A DNA stretch of 64,000 nt from Octopus vulgaris (taxonomy: Eukaryota), in NCBI GenBank assembly GCA_951406725.2, contig OX597815.1, positions 13,888,001 through 13,952,000 on the forward strand, written 5' to 3'. The notes under the pieces are model-generated. The model did not search any database. It was given only the letters and a program-made list of their open reading frames with translations, and had not been told where the DNA came from. Shown piece after piece: positions 50,614 to 63,945 of the stretch. Each line of letters opens with the position of its first letter. Positions within the stretch are counted from its first letter, which is position 1. Both the position numbers and the translations under genes were made by a program.

Positions 50614-51567
50614 CTTCCCTACTCCTAAAATGCTTAGATATGCATGTCAAGGATGAGAAATACCTGGTTTAGTCTGAGCAGAAAACCAAAAGTAGCAATA
50701 TACTAGACTACCTGATAGTCTCCTGATTTAGGGGACACAGAACTTTACAAAAACTAATGAGAGGAATAAATACATACATTACAAAATAAAAAGAAGCATA
50801 ATTCTGAGGAAAAAAATCACTGGAATATTTCTGATAAATAATCATGATTACTTTTATGCTGTAATGAATATTTTATGAAATAGTTGGCAGTAACCACGAA
50901 GAAAACAGTTAATGATTAAATTTACGTAATATTGTTAATTATGTTTTAGAAATTTAGAAAACTATCTGACGCAAAATTGCTGGTGGTATATTGAAAGATA
51001 GAATGTTATAATATTTGGTAATGAGGTAAAAACGGTAATTATTAAAATCATTTTATAATTTGATATGTAAACAGATATAAGTTTACTTCATGAAAATAAT
51101 TTACTTATCATTTTTGTTGAAGTAGATTTCAGCTTTTTATCTCAGTAATGACGTCACTCACCACAAACCGATCACATCGGGCTTCATTTAAAAGAAACTC
51201 TACAATTCATTGATCCTTTAGAATAATAAACTATTTCAGTTCTATTTTGTTTTTATCTTTTCTTAGTGAAGTTCCATTAATGGTTGTTTGTTTTATTTAC
51301 AGTCGTGTCATTGTTTACTACAAGCGAATGGTCGTCGAACGGACTTATCTTCAAATGACTATCCAAATAACAACAAACATAAAAAACGTCGCTTCAATGA
51401 TATACAAAGTATATATCATTAAAAAGATTTGAATATCACTCAACATTTTATGTTTTATTTACACGATGACCATTAATAAATTCTATAGCTCAAGTTTGTC
51501 TACTATTTTACTGAAAATTACTATATATAAATTGGTTGATCGCACACACTCGACACATACAACACAC

Positions 51568-51619
<52 letters not shown>

Positions 51620-52019
51620 GTGTGTGCACATAAATTATCTCCTCTCTCAAGATATGTATATATATATATATATATATATACATATATACAACACACAACC
51701 CACCCGTGCTTTCCCTACTCTCGCCTCCCCCACCTCCCAACAACATCACACCACACCACACTACACCATACAACATTACACATCATATCACAACACACCA
51801 CCCACACACCCATTCCCACATTTTCACACCTACACGTACATACACGCTCACGTCCAGACCACCAGCCCTCTTTCACACGCACATACATACTCTCTTATAC
51901 ACACACGTACCTTCGTGTTGGGGGGTCATATTTACTTTGTTATCTCCCCTACTTTCCCTCTCGTGTGTGACCCTTCTGTCCGAGACAGTCGCCATGATAG
52001 ATCGTTAGCCACTACACAC

Positions 52020-52167
52020 ATTCTCTTCTCTCCTTTTTTCTCTGTCCCTTTCTGTAGAAGAGCGTAGGCTCGAAACGTAAAAGACTGTTTCTATTCCTGA
52101 GCGTTATACTAATACATCTGTTTGTTTTGTACACCGCCTGTCTGCGTCTTTTTTTTTCGTAAACTCT

Positions 52168-52170
<3 letters not shown>
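52020..52170 (+). mobile_element. Short Penelope-type repeat with hammerhead-like motif (subfamily 2); may extend 5' to about 51700
   Basis: Homologous to 25803-25995 and ends at (TA)n. Confidence 0.65.
52048..52083 (+). ncRNA. Minimal type-I hammerhead-like motif (CUGUAGA core variant)
   Basis: CTTT-CTGTAGA-A-GAGC-GTAG-GCTC-GAAA-CG-TA-AAAG. Confidence 0.55.
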
Positions 52171-52218
<48 letters not shown>

Positions 52219-52323
52219 AATTAATCAATATAGGGTGGCAAAAAAAAAAATTTTGTAGAATTCTTTTGCCACCAGCGGCCTAGTAGGAAAAAATTAAAAT
52301 AGTCATAGACCATTTTTAAGTTC

Positions 52324-52566
52324 AACATCAACAATAAAGGAACGGCCATAATAGGCCATTCACCCACTAGAAATAACAGCCAAAGCTTCAACCGCAAATA
52401 AAAGTTAACTCAGTAAACCAGGAGAAAATTTTAAGAAATTACAGGGTAAATGTTTTTTAAATTTTCTCCTGGTTTACTGAGTTAACTTTTATTTGCGGTT
52501 GAAGCTTTGGCTGTTATTTCTAGTGGGTGAATGGCCTATTATGGCCGTTCCTTTATTGTTGATGTT
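52324..52566. repeat. Perfect inverted repeat, 108-bp arms and 27-bp spacer
   Basis: 52324-52431 is the exact reverse complement of 52459-52566. Confidence 0.95.
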
Positions 52567-52577
52567 ATATATGTATG

Positions 52578-52611
<34 letters not shown>

Positions 52612-53926
52612 TGTATAATACACATCAAATAGATGACAACACCAACAATCAATAAATACGTAAACAAACGCAAAACAAATACAGGATAAAATACAAAAAA
52701 TGCACAATAAAAAGAGGACATCAACAACAAGTAAATAAAAAAACATGTCAACACATTACGAGAGATAAGTTTCGGATTAAAAAAAAAGAAGTTCGACTCT
52801 TCCTCAGTAGTTCGACTGCTTATTACTCCCTATATCCGCAACGTCCAGAAATTTAGAAAATATAAACTTTGTGGGGCGTTAGGGCTTCGAACGAACACAC
52901 AGCAACGGAGTGGACGTACAGAGTACACTATCGGCGAAGACAAACTGTAAAGGCCGTAAGGTCAAGCCGCACTGCAATGGGTGCCGCCTAGCAGAAATTT
53001 TGAAAGGGTATAGTATAAGTATATTTATGGATGAGTTCGCTATATAGACGATAGAATATTCGATAGCGTTTTTGAAAAATGAAGTCAAGAATAGCTAAAA
53101 TGTTTCATTATACCAGAATGTCTACCCGTGTTAGTCCTGCACTTCAAGAAAGCAGCTTAGAATTATTTACATGAAAGCTTCAGGATGCCAAGCGCTAACT
53201 GCACAATTTGTATGTTCGGTGGCAGTGCTTATAAAATAGGGTAATGGAAGTAATAAGACTTTATTTGAACAACTTTTGTTTGTTAGATATGCATCTGTGA
53301 AAGTACTCACACCTTATTCATTCAGATATTGTCTCAGTATTTAAAATTATGTAAAATTATCACGAGCTTCTAGTCACTACTGAACTTAAAAACGCAATCT
53401 ATTAGATATACAAATAAAATGATCCTCTAATGGAATAAAATTAAGTAATTACTCCAAGCTGGTGTTTCTCATTCACGCATTCTCATTGAATGTATCTCTG
53501 ACCAGAAGGGCTGGATTTCATGATTTGGACTCCAGACTTAAACCGTAACCTTAGCAGTTGGTGAACAAATCACCACCTATCTTGTCCTTCAGGGTTTCTG
53601 ATTAGCTCTTCTCTCTTGCTCCCTAAGCGTCAACAAACTCTTCTCACTTGCTCATTCTGCTCAGAGATATTTTTCTCTGTCATGTCTGATCCCACGAACT
53701 GTAACTATTCCCCAAACCGATTGGACTTGACATCATCTACACACAAATTTACCTGGAAGTAGCCACGCTTTCCTTCCTTTCTGTTCGCAATTCTGCAAAT
53801 AATTGTTGCTCATGTATTTAAAAGATTGACCGTATCTTTCTTCTATATTTCAGAGATTAGGAATTATGTACATTATTTACATTATTTATAGTTGACGGAT
53901 ATTTGTCCAATTCTTTTTTGTTGTTA

Positions 53927-53970
53927 ACACAATGTTTCGGCTGATATATCCTCCAGTATTCATCAGGTGT
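53927..53970 (-). ncRNA. Minimal type-I hammerhead motif with canonical core and damaged helix II
   Basis: ACAC-CTGATGA-A-TACTG GAGGATATAT CAGCC-GAAA-CA-TT-GTGT. Confidence 0.55.
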
Positions 53971-54019
53971 CTTGGGGGGAATTTCGAATCTGGATTCTCA
54001 TTCCTAAAATATCTTTCGA

Positions 54020-54076
54020 TATTATTATTATTATTATTATTATCTTTATTATTATTATTATTATTATTTTATTATC

Positions 54077-54112
<36 letters not shown>
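54020..54112. repeat. (TTA)n microsatellite
   Basis: Direct inspection. Confidence 0.95.
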
Positions 54113-54330
54113 GAGTGAGAGAGCAGTGCATGCCATCTGCGGTAAAATATACAAAGTCCAATATACCCGTCAGATAAGGGCACACCAGGTACATGCATCA
54201 CGACCATATGTGGGTGACATGGTGATCTCATATCAAGATAAACAGCGCATGACCTCGCAGGTGGGGCCCAGTTAGAATTTTCTTCAGGTCGAGTAGCCCA
54301 TCTCGCTCAAAAGGTCCCTGAATAAGGATG
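54113..54330 (-). mobile_element. (TAA)n-associated retroposon 3' end, copy 2
   Basis: Homologous to 8460-8728. Confidence 0.65.
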
Positions 54331-54689
54331 ACTACATTTTTACTTAATGGTCTCTATTTGTATACCATAGGGACTTCATGTAGTAAACTGCTTCTTCTTT
54401 TTGCTGTAGCTGACGGCTTTTCTCCTTTCCTGACAAATTTATTGATTTTCCTCGTGTTGATTGTTTTCTTGTGTCTGTTTTTTTTTCCCAGGATTTGATC
54501 GACTTTTACCGGTATCAATATGATGTACCGATATTTCTCTTGAATAAGTGTTATTTTAAATCCTGATAATATGTACGCTGAGGTGTATTTCTCTACAGAA
54601 ACTGTCAGAGTTCCCTCATGCACCATTCATGCTAGTTTGTTGGAGTAGTGATCTGCAACATTGGTATCCACAAACTTCCAGTAGTCTTT

Positions 54690-55800
54690 GAAGTGATTAG
54701 AACCTTCTTGATATACTTTTCTGTCCCTAAGAGACAAACCTTCCGTAAAACTTCTTAAGGACATTCTATTTTAATCTTCTCCAAACATTATACCCAATTC
54801 AACAATTATTTTCGGTACAACCTTTGCAGTTTTCATACTCCAAATTCTTGCAATTTTAAATTTTAAGGGATTGTACTTTTAAGGGATTTCATCATCTTAT
54901 TTACGATCCTGGAATCAAACCGATATGATGGATCAATTAGTAAGAAACTTCGCTTTACCCCGTCTATTATTGCATGTCCTGTCCGTCATTTTCTAGTTTC
55001 TTGTCCGTTTGATTAGGAAAATCCAACGAAATTTTTAATTTCTCCAATCCACCAATCTTTCGACCTGATGATCATGCCATGTGACTCCAGCTTCAAATCC
55101 CCCATTTCTGGCAAAGCTATCAGTGAGAACCTTTTACAATTTGTTCATGCTCCCATTTCTTATATTCCTCCTGTATCATCTTGGGGCATTCTGCAACAAT
55201 GTGTGCGACTGCCTCCTTATAAGTTCCAGATACTCTACATGTTTCTGACAGATTCTCCCCACCTACATTTTCCATCAAGTTGTTTTTATCGCTTGGTTCT
55301 AGGCTGCTACAATTAGGTTCTCTGTTTCTTTTTTTAATTGCCTTTTTTAAACCAAGCCCATGATTTTGTTCCCCATAACGTCCTCAGTGACTTTCCAAAA
55401 TTAACCATGCAAAGGTTCCTTTTGAATTCAGCTTCGACTGTAGTAATTTTCTCACTCGCCTTATATACTTTCTACTGGTAATTTGTTTAATTTCTTCATG
55501 TTTTATTTCATATGCTTCCAGAACGCCGAAATACTTATTCAACTGTCCTTTCATTGTTTCCCCTCTTGACATTTCAATTCAATAGATTCCTTCAAATATT
55601 CCTCATTTAATGTTTTAGAATGTGGGTAAAGAATTTCGATTCCAAATTCTATACCTACGTCATTTGAGAAAATGCGAACAGTATGTACCAGACTATCAAG
55701 CAGTTACTGATTTTTCACATAAATCTTTATATCATCCATTGAAAGGAGATGATTTTTCTAACCATATCCGTTTCCCAAATCCTGTAGCTATTGAATGATT
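54690..55800 (-). mobile_element. Decayed, internally deleted R4/Dong-clade LINE (RT plus endonuclease)
   Basis: NHLLSMDDIKIY, LDSLVHTVRIFSNDVGIEFG, KYFGVLEAYEIKHEEIK..YIRRVRKLLQSKLN, IARIWSMKTAKVVP and LRKVCLLGT. Confidence 0.85.
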
Positions 55801-55950
55801 CCAGGATAAGAAAGTAATTCTACGCAGGTTTCAAGTTGAAAAGAATATTTTATTTCCATTTTCGTTCTGGAATATTAAGCAAAGGCATTCGTTGTTAGTA
55901 AGAGTTATGTTCATTTAAGAGAAGTAGTAAATTTTGCCTTCCACATTATC

Positions 55951-56200
55951 TATTTCTTTACTACCCACAAGGGGCTAAACACAGAGAAGACAAACAAGGA
56001 CAGACAAACGGATTAAGCCGATTATATCGACCCCAGTGCGTAACTGGTACTTAATTTATCGACCCCGAAAGGATGAAAGGCAAAGTCGACCTCGGTGGAA
56101 TTTGAATTCAGAACGTAACGGCAGACGAAATACGGCTACGCATTTCACCCGGCATGCTAACGTTTCTGCCACCTCGCCGCCTAACATTTCTGCCAGCTCG
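55951..56200 (-). mobile_element. SINE family A with 12-bp TSD and a duplicated 5' tip
   Basis: TTCCACATTATC on both sides. CTAAC.TTTCTGCCA.CTCGC occurs twice at the head. Confidence 0.92.
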
Positions 56201-57479
56201 CTTTCCACATTATCGTTTGATTGCATGTGGCCGTTTGCATTTCAACGTGACTCTATATGGGATAAGTGGACCATACAGTTGTTTCAACTAGGGTTGTTGT
56301 GTTACTGATGAGAAATCGAAACAAAAGCGTCTTCAGGCAGTGTCAGGAACGAACACGACTTCAGAAAATCATTTACAAATATACAATTCACACGATGGAT
56401 TAAACACCGACGAAATGCAACCAATCACAGCTATCTATTAAAAAGCAAGCAAATATCATGGTGTAAAAGTCGCTTTTAAGTGTAATAAGATCAAGAATAT
56501 CAACAACCCAAATTCTACTAATAATGCAGAACGTGAAAATCGCTAGATATTAGCAATAATTCCCGTAGAAAACACATCTGCACGGCTTTTGTCAAACGAG
56601 AGAGTCTCTTTGCCAATATACCTTTTGCTATTAAACAAAGGAAACATAGGAGAATGGCATGCCTCTGTCTTGTTAAAAACTGGGGGTGGTTTTCGGTCTT
56701 CAAACTTAGAATATGTCACGACCGGTGGTCAGTAAGAGATCGATCTGTACTTTCGACCCACGTAAAACATATAGAACCATGTATGTGGTATGTAGAAGAT
56801 GTGGGGAGGTGGACAGTTTTCGAGAACTTCAATCCTGCTTCAAGCTGGCACTGCATGATATGGGTAAGAAAACTAGTAGGATCTTGGTGAAAAATTTTCC
56901 AATGATACGAACACTTTACTGGCGGACGTAATTGCAGCACAATACCAACTGACATACGATTAAGTGGGGCTTGCATAGAATTTTCTATAAAATTGTATCC
57001 CGAGGAGTAAACATTTATAAGAGGATAGACTCTTTTAGAAAGACTCTGCCAATAGTCTTATCAACAGCTATTAAAGCCCTCCCACCCCAGGGAATGTATA
57101 ATAATTTGCAATTTGCCAAAACATGTTGATTATCAAATGTGTATTTGTCAGGGCCAATGAAAAGAGGCTTAATAATGTCGATCCTGCCAGTAGGTGGTTC
57201 TCGGGAGAGAGAAAGAAGTATCCGGAGCAAAAATAATCTGAGTTGTATTTTAATACTATTGAAGTGATGGGTTCGTTTCTATTTTTCGGTTGGGTGCTTT
57301 TTTATAAATTACATTTTAAACTGTTGTTACGTTCAAGTATCATGCAAACGTTGAAATTTGTTGTAAACGTCATGTGTTATGTAACCTTCCCCTATATCGT
57401 CTTCATATTGCATGTTTACATTCTCATGGCCAAGAAATTATTCTGTTGTTATTTACAGCAGCTACGAAAGTAGCAGCAC

Positions 57480-57543
<64 letters not shown>

Positions 57544-57559
57544 GGTGGTGGTAGTAGTG

Positions 57560-57622
<63 letters not shown>

Positions 57623-57721
57623 TTGGTAGTAGTAGTGGTAGCAGTAGCAGTAGTACTAGTGGTGGTAGTAGTAGTGGTAGTAGTAGTAGTAGTATCGGTG
57701 GTGGTGGTGGTGGTAGTAGTG

Positions 57722-57783
<62 letters not shown>

Positions 57784-57860
57784 AGCAGTAGCAGTGGTAG
57801 TAGTACTAGTGGTAGTAGTGGTAGTAGTAGTAGTAGTAGTAGTAGTAGCAGTAGTAGTGT
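57480..57860. repeat. (GTA)n/(GTG)n trinucleotide microsatellite
   Basis: Direct inspection. It produces spurious poly-V/S/T ORFs. Confidence 0.98.
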
Positions 57861-58081
57861 TTAGGAGTAATTCTGAGTTCCGAAATATATTTTTACTTGC
57901 GTATGTATGTGTATGTGTGCATGTGCAATGTGTATGAATCATTGATTACAACACTACGTTTGCTTTTTACGATAAACAACCCCAGTATAGAAATTATCCT
58001 GTTGTTGAGTTGTTGCTATACATTGCTTGATGCAAGAAATAGCAATATGAAATAATTATGTTTTACCAATTCTAAAATTGA

Positions 58082-58355
58082 TATCGAATTAAATGAAAAA
58101 CTTAATGGTTTATTAATGCTGCGATACCATCTTTGAGGACTTGTTTTAATGGCGATAGCATCTCCTTGATTAGTTACGTCGGCATGAAGAAATTAATAGC
58201 ATTCCTTCCGCAAAATTTATCGAATTAAATGAAAAACTTAATGGTTTATTAATGCTGCGATACCATCTTTGAGGACTTGTTTTAATGGCGATAGCATCTC
58301 CTTGATTAGTTACGTCGGCATGAAGAAATTAATAGCATTCCTTCCGCAAAATTTA
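58082..58355. repeat. Exact tandem duplication, 136-bp unit
   Basis: TATCGAATTAAATG...CCGCAAAATT starts at 58082 and again at 58218. Confidence 0.95.
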
Positions 58356-59744
58356 GTAGAACAAAATTTCAAGCAAATGAACTAGGTGCACTTCCGTAAA
58401 ATTCCATTTGAGAAAAAAAAAAATGGTAAAAAGAAAATAGAAAAATATTAAAAAGAAAACGTTTATAGGATTTGGCAGCTTTAAAAAGATTGCATATTAT
58501 TCCCTAGGTAGAATGAATATGGCAATGTCTACACTGTGGCTCTTGCTTAATAGAAATAGCGAATTCTAATTTAGTCATAAAGACAGGAGGATTCCAGCTT
58601 TGATTATGTCTGCTTTATATTTTCTACAGTACTATATTTTGGAAGAAATCGAAGTATTCTAAGAAACATTCACTAATGATGCATAAAATGATTCCGTATC
58701 TTCAGCGGTAGCTACGGCTGAGCATTTTCTCATCTAAATTTTATCTCATCTTTTCGATCTCGCATTAACTATCCTCCACATTACTTTCCCAATATATTAT
58801 TTGTACAATTCCATGTCTGATAATAATTTTCCTGACTTTTACAGACGGCGTTGACAGAAAAGTACGGCCTAAAGAAAGAAAATCCTACATGTTTTGAACT
58901 ATACGACCCTTCCTAATTGGCTGAACGTCTTCCGGATTATATTTGGACACGTGTCAAATTCGTCTCTACAAAAATCAAACATAAAAATCTTTTACTTGAC
59001 AATCTCTAGGAACCACCATTATATATCCTGAGAACTTAATGAAATTATATTACGATAAAAAAAAAAATTCTTAGCAAAAACTGACATGCACAACGCGAAG
59101 AGCGAGATTAAGAATGATGACATATGTACTCAATCATAAAATGTTCCGAAAGATTCAAACGTGAATATGCTAATCACGGCTGCCTTATGTCACTGAATAA
59201 CGTCTCTCAGGTGAAATTGAGGGAACATTGTGGCACGCGATATATCGATATTTTTGTATTTCCTCGGGCGGATGTACACCGGTGTAAAAAATTTAACATT
59301 AGTCTGTGGCTCTTGTTCAGAAAGTCAGGCAATGATTTAAATTCGAATCCATGGTTAATTAATTTTTGATTTAGTATATACATTGGCTTATCTGGTGCAT
59401 CTTTTGGGAACGGGAATATAAATGTTATTCTTCAGACGAACAAGAATCTTGCTTCATCTTCTCAGATGATATCTGTCTTACATTCAATCTGAATATGCTG
59501 GTTTACTTACATCCATGTGCGTCGGTATGACATCCATGAAATGAAATTATTGTGAGTCATCCGTTCATCACTGGATTGAAATAACAAAGGCTTCTACAAC
59601 AGTTTGCTACTCTCTCGGTTGCCATAGTAGGTTCCAGTAACAAGCATTTGAATATCACTGGTATTGTTTTGACTGCAAGTTTTATGTCAGAATAAACAAG
59701 AGCTGCCTTCCCATGACTTTGTCAAAAAATACACACTTGCACAC

Positions 59745-60005
59745 ATATATGTATGTATGTATGCATATAAGTATCTATGTATGTATGTATGTGTGCATAT
59801 ACGTATCTATGTATGTATGTATGTATGTATGTATGTATGTATGTATGTATGTGTGCATATACGTATCTATGTATGTATACGTGCATATAGTATCTATGTA
59901 CGTATGTATGTGTGGGTATACGTATCTATGTACGTATGTATGCATGTACGCATGTACGTATGTGTGTATGCATGTATGTATGTGGGCATATAAGTATCTA
60001 TGTAT
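59745..60005. repeat. Degenerate (TATG)n microsatellite
   Basis: Direct inspection. Confidence 0.92.
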
Positions 60006-60234
60006 ATAATTCTGGAAGGCAGTAACCCAGTATGACAGCAGTCTAAAGACTGAAGCAAGTAGAACGCGATATTATACATTTATATATCGATATTTCCTTA
60101 ATGTATCTTCTCCATCTCTTATTTGCTTCAGTTATTGGACTGAATCCTTGCTCTGACACCTCAATGAAATGTCCTAGGGAAAAGAATCGATCCCACTACT
60201 ACATTTTTTTGCGTAATATTCATTCTCTTGGCAA

Positions 60235-60432
60235 GACGGCGAGTTACTATGCCGGGTGAAATACTTACCGGTATTTCATCTGTCTTTACGTTCTGAGTTC
60301 AAATTCCACCGAGGTCGCCTTTGCTTTTCATCTTTTTGGGGTGATAAAGTAAGTACCAGTTACGTATTGGGTTAAATGTAACCGACTTGCCACCTCCCCC
60401 AAAATTTCAAGCCTTGTGCCCCGAGTAGAAAA
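60235..60432 (+). mobile_element. SINE family A, diverged copy
   Basis: GAGTTCAAATTCCACCGAGGTCGCCTTTGC...AAGTACCAGTTACG. Confidence 0.82.
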
Positions 60433-60588
60433 GACTATTCTCTCGGCCTCTAATGTCAAACTGCTAAGCTGCACCGTTGTAAACAAAACTCCACAAGTTG
60501 CCAAGCATCGTGGAGAGGTGCAACTTCCATAACATTGATATATTTTCGAGGTTGGAATAAGTATCATAGTGTTCAGCAGGACATGGAT

Positions 60589-60758
60589 AGGAGTGGCTGT
60601 GTGATAAGTAGCTTGCTAACAAACCACATGGTTCCGGGTTCAGTCCCACTGCGTGGCATCTTGGGCAAGTGTCTTCTGCTATAGCCCCGGACCAACCAAT
60701 GCCTTGTGAGTGGATTTGGTAGACGGAAACTGAAAGCAGCCTGTCGTATATATGTATG

Positions 60759-60791
<33 letters not shown>

Positions 60792-60997
60792 GTATTTGTG
60801 TGTCTGTGTTTGTCCCCCTAGCATTGCTTGACAGCCGATGCTGGTGTGTTTACGTCCCCGTCACTTAGCGGTTCGGCAAAAGAGACCGATAGAATAAGTA
60901 CTGGGCTTACAAAGAATAAGTCGACTAAAGGCGGTGCTGCAGCATGGCCGCAGTCAAATGACTGAAACAAGTAAAAGTGTAAAAGAGTAAAAGAGAG
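60589..60997 (+). mobile_element. SINE family B, nearly full length
   Basis: AGGAGTGGCTGTGTG...GCATGGCCGCAGTCAAATGACTGAAACAAGTAAAAG. Confidence 0.92.
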
Positions 60998-61035
60998 TAT
61001 ATGAGACCAATATAACGTTCCTGCATTATTGGATA

Positions 61036-61563
61036 CGAGATCTGATCAAAAATTGTCGGGACGTTTGCAATTGTAACAGAGCTAAAGTACGCAGAGTGAA
61101 GCCGCTCAGCACAAATTGACGTTTAACTCTGTCGCGCATGCGCAGTACTTTGTAACGTTGTCGCTCAGTTTCGTGAAAAATGTGGTCGTCTCAAAAGATG
61201 ATTAGGTTTCAGCTGCGCAGTTTCCTCTTGAATTTGCCGAGGAGAACGAAAACGTTCGAAAACCTTCATACCAGATAACGAATCCTGGGTCTATGGCAAT
61301 GACCCGAAACTGAGGCTCAGTATTCGCATTGGAAGAACTCCAATAAGATTTCAAGGCGTCAAGCAAATCCGAGAGAATGCAACGAGACAACTGCTCGCTA
61401 TCACCAAAACAGAGTTCCAAAAATGCTTACATCAACAGAAACGTCGAAGGATAAAAAGTGAGGCTTCAGAAGAGGGCTAATTTGAATGAGATTAAATCCC
61501 GAATTGACATGTTTTACTTTCCTTTTGATGGCGCAAGTCCCCATAAGATTTGATCACACTTCG
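61036..61563 (+). mobile_element. Internally deleted mariner element
   Basis: TA flanks, TIRs CGAGATCTGATCAAAA / TTTGATCACACTTCG. Remnants ESWVYGNDP..AQYSHWK and EFQKCLHQ..EG*FE*D. Confidence 0.8.
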
Positions 61564-62914
61564 TAAAGTATAATACAGATTTTGCAGGAATCAATGAATT
61601 TTATCTCGGTAAAAATATACCCAAAACATTGTTAGATAACTTTCATCTGCGATGTTATAAAAATGATTTTCTGATACAAGGTCCATCGTCGAAATTTATT
61701 TTCTCGTATTGTTTTTTTATAGCCAGTAAAGAAAGAAGATTACGCATTTATATTTTGAATTAAGCCTACCTTCCAAAGTATCTTCGTTGCAGCTAGCAGC
61801 AGTTTATTTTTTTATTAGGGCATTGATATAACGACATAGAAGGATGATCTTTAGATATTATCATGCTCAAATACTTATCTCATTTAAGGTTAATACATCC
61901 TTAGTTTTCAAAATCTTGTGATGCGATCGGCAGCTGACAGAAATTATGAACATTTTACTTGGCAATTTTTTCACCCACAGATATTAAAGACAAAACTCTT
62001 ATTGATATACGTTTCTTTAATCGTAGTGGGTACTCAAAGTAGGAATATACTTGTATAAAAGATAGATTTGTTTTATATTCTAACATAGAATATTCTAATA
62101 TTATCTTGTGAATCGAAAAATTCACATAAATAAATAAAGATATAGACATACGCTAAAATTCCTATATTGCATTTTGAAATGAAGACTGTCTGTTATATTA
62201 CGACAAAATCTCGGCAGAAATATCAGACATTTTACAAATATAATGTTACTTCTTATTTTGGAAATGGACAAATCAGTCAAATATTACTCAATTAGGGAAT
62301 CAGTCATCAGAATATCACTGAGGAATTAGTAACCGACAGGACGTTATCAAGTATAATCAAATATAAAGTGAACCGTAGACTTCATAAATATTTAGAAACT
62401 CAATTATCTAAATCAAATGTAAAGCACAAAAAAAGCGGAATCACAAAGGTAGTATTTTCTTTTTCAGATAAAGCGGATGAAATAAATTTCATAAACCACA
62501 TACAGAGAAAAGATTTAATTTTATAAAGAAATAATACATCATGTAATATTCATTCAGATGGTTGTGTTCTTGTCTTTGTTCGAAGCCCAAGAGATAAATG
62601 TGAGAGAATTGATAAAGAATGAGTGTTAAATGCAGCTGATGGGAGGTTATGAGTATACAGATGCGAGAGAGTCTGTTGGACATGCAAGTCACGTTGCCGT
62701 GAAGAGAAAAAGAGAGAAGGAAAGGGGGAGGGAGACAAAGGGGAGAAATAGAAGGGAGAGAAAAAGAAAAGGAGAGAAATAGAAGAGAGAGAAAAAGTAA
62801 AGGAGAGACATAAAAGCGAGAGAGAGTAAGAGAGACCGGACACTGTAACAGAGAAGAGATTTCATAAAAAAAGGAAGCGTAGAACACATCGACATTAAGA
62901 ATTCATATACGTAG

Positions 62915-63155
62915 ACGCATGCGTGATTGTGTGGTAATTAATTTGCTTCCCGAACAACATTTGTTTCCGGCTTCACATCCGGTTTTGGTGTATTTACATC
63001 CCCGACAACTAGGGGTTCGGAAAAACAATATGGGGATAAGCACCAGGTTTGAAAAGAAAGTACTGGGCTCGTTCATTCGACTAAAACTTTTTCATGGATG
63101 TGCCCCACCATGGCCGCAGTCTAATGACTGAAACATGTAAGAGATGAAAGATAAA
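62915..63155 (+). mobile_element. SINE family B, old internally deleted copy
   Basis: TGTGTGGTAA head remnant and tail GTGCCCCACCATGGCCGCAGTCTAATGACTGAAACA. Confidence 0.75.
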
Positions 63156-63235
63156 ACACATATGTATATAACTGATATACATACGCAAAAACATACACAT
63201 ATACACATATATATACACATATATGTATAGATAAA

Positions 63236-63392
63236 CAGGGGTTGGACAAAATAATGGAAACACCTTAAAATTTCGAACAAAATTATTTCACTATGAGGTA
63301 GGAAAAACGTTGGCAGTAATTACAGCTTGAATTCTATGCGGTATGGACTCGTACTAGGGTTGAATTGTTTCCAAAGGAATTTTTGTCCATTC
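63236..63392 (-). mobile_element. Tc1-like transposon 3' end with TIR
   Basis: CAGGGGTTGGACAAAATAATGGAAACACC terminus. Minus strand reads EWTKIPLETIQ..ESIPHRIQAVITA. Confidence 0.8.
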
Positions 63393-63945
63393 GCTACCTC
63401 GGCGAACTTTTTGGGCCACACTGCCGGTGATTTTTTTCTCTTTTCAAAAATTTGGTTCTCTCGGCGTCACTGCCGGTGAAGTTCTTTCTTCACCTGCTTC
63501 AGAGACAGGTGAATATGAGAATGGTGCAAGCATAGAAGTTTCTTTTTTTTTCACAAAATTGGCTTAAAAAGCCACAAGATATGACAATGATTATCCCGCA
63601 GGGGGGAATTTCAACTAGCAGCTTCCAGAAAAAGCAAATGGCAGTTCTTTTCAACAAAACAATAACAATTCACCACAGTACTTCAACCAAATAAAACACA
63701 GGGAAAAAGTAAAACGTACCAGCAACAGGAGACTTACACTAAGAAATGTGAAGTCATAAATTTATAAATTGGTCAAAATATTTCTTTTATATTTTTATTT
63801 TTATAGTTGGAAGATGCCAGTTAAAATTTTAGATTTTAAAATTTAATGCAATTATAACTGCCCATTTGTTATAGATTAGCTGTACCCGGGTTCTAATTCC
63901 AAGACTATCTATTCAATCTTTATTTAATGTATAATTTATAATTTA

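Noticed and set aside
56300-56340. CTGATGA-GAAATC-GAAAC...GTC hammerhead-like string
   Set aside because: Helix II is too short to form and there is no helix I pairing, so it is probably chance.
56500-57230. Possible gag-like/ORF1 zinc-knuckle remnant
   Set aside because: The CCHC pattern needs an assumed frameshift and spacing change, so it is not supportable.
57374-57942. 150-187 aa ORFs rich in Val, Ser/Gly or Thr
   Set aside because: They are translations of a (GTA/GTG)n microsatellite, open in several frames, with no sign of splice context.
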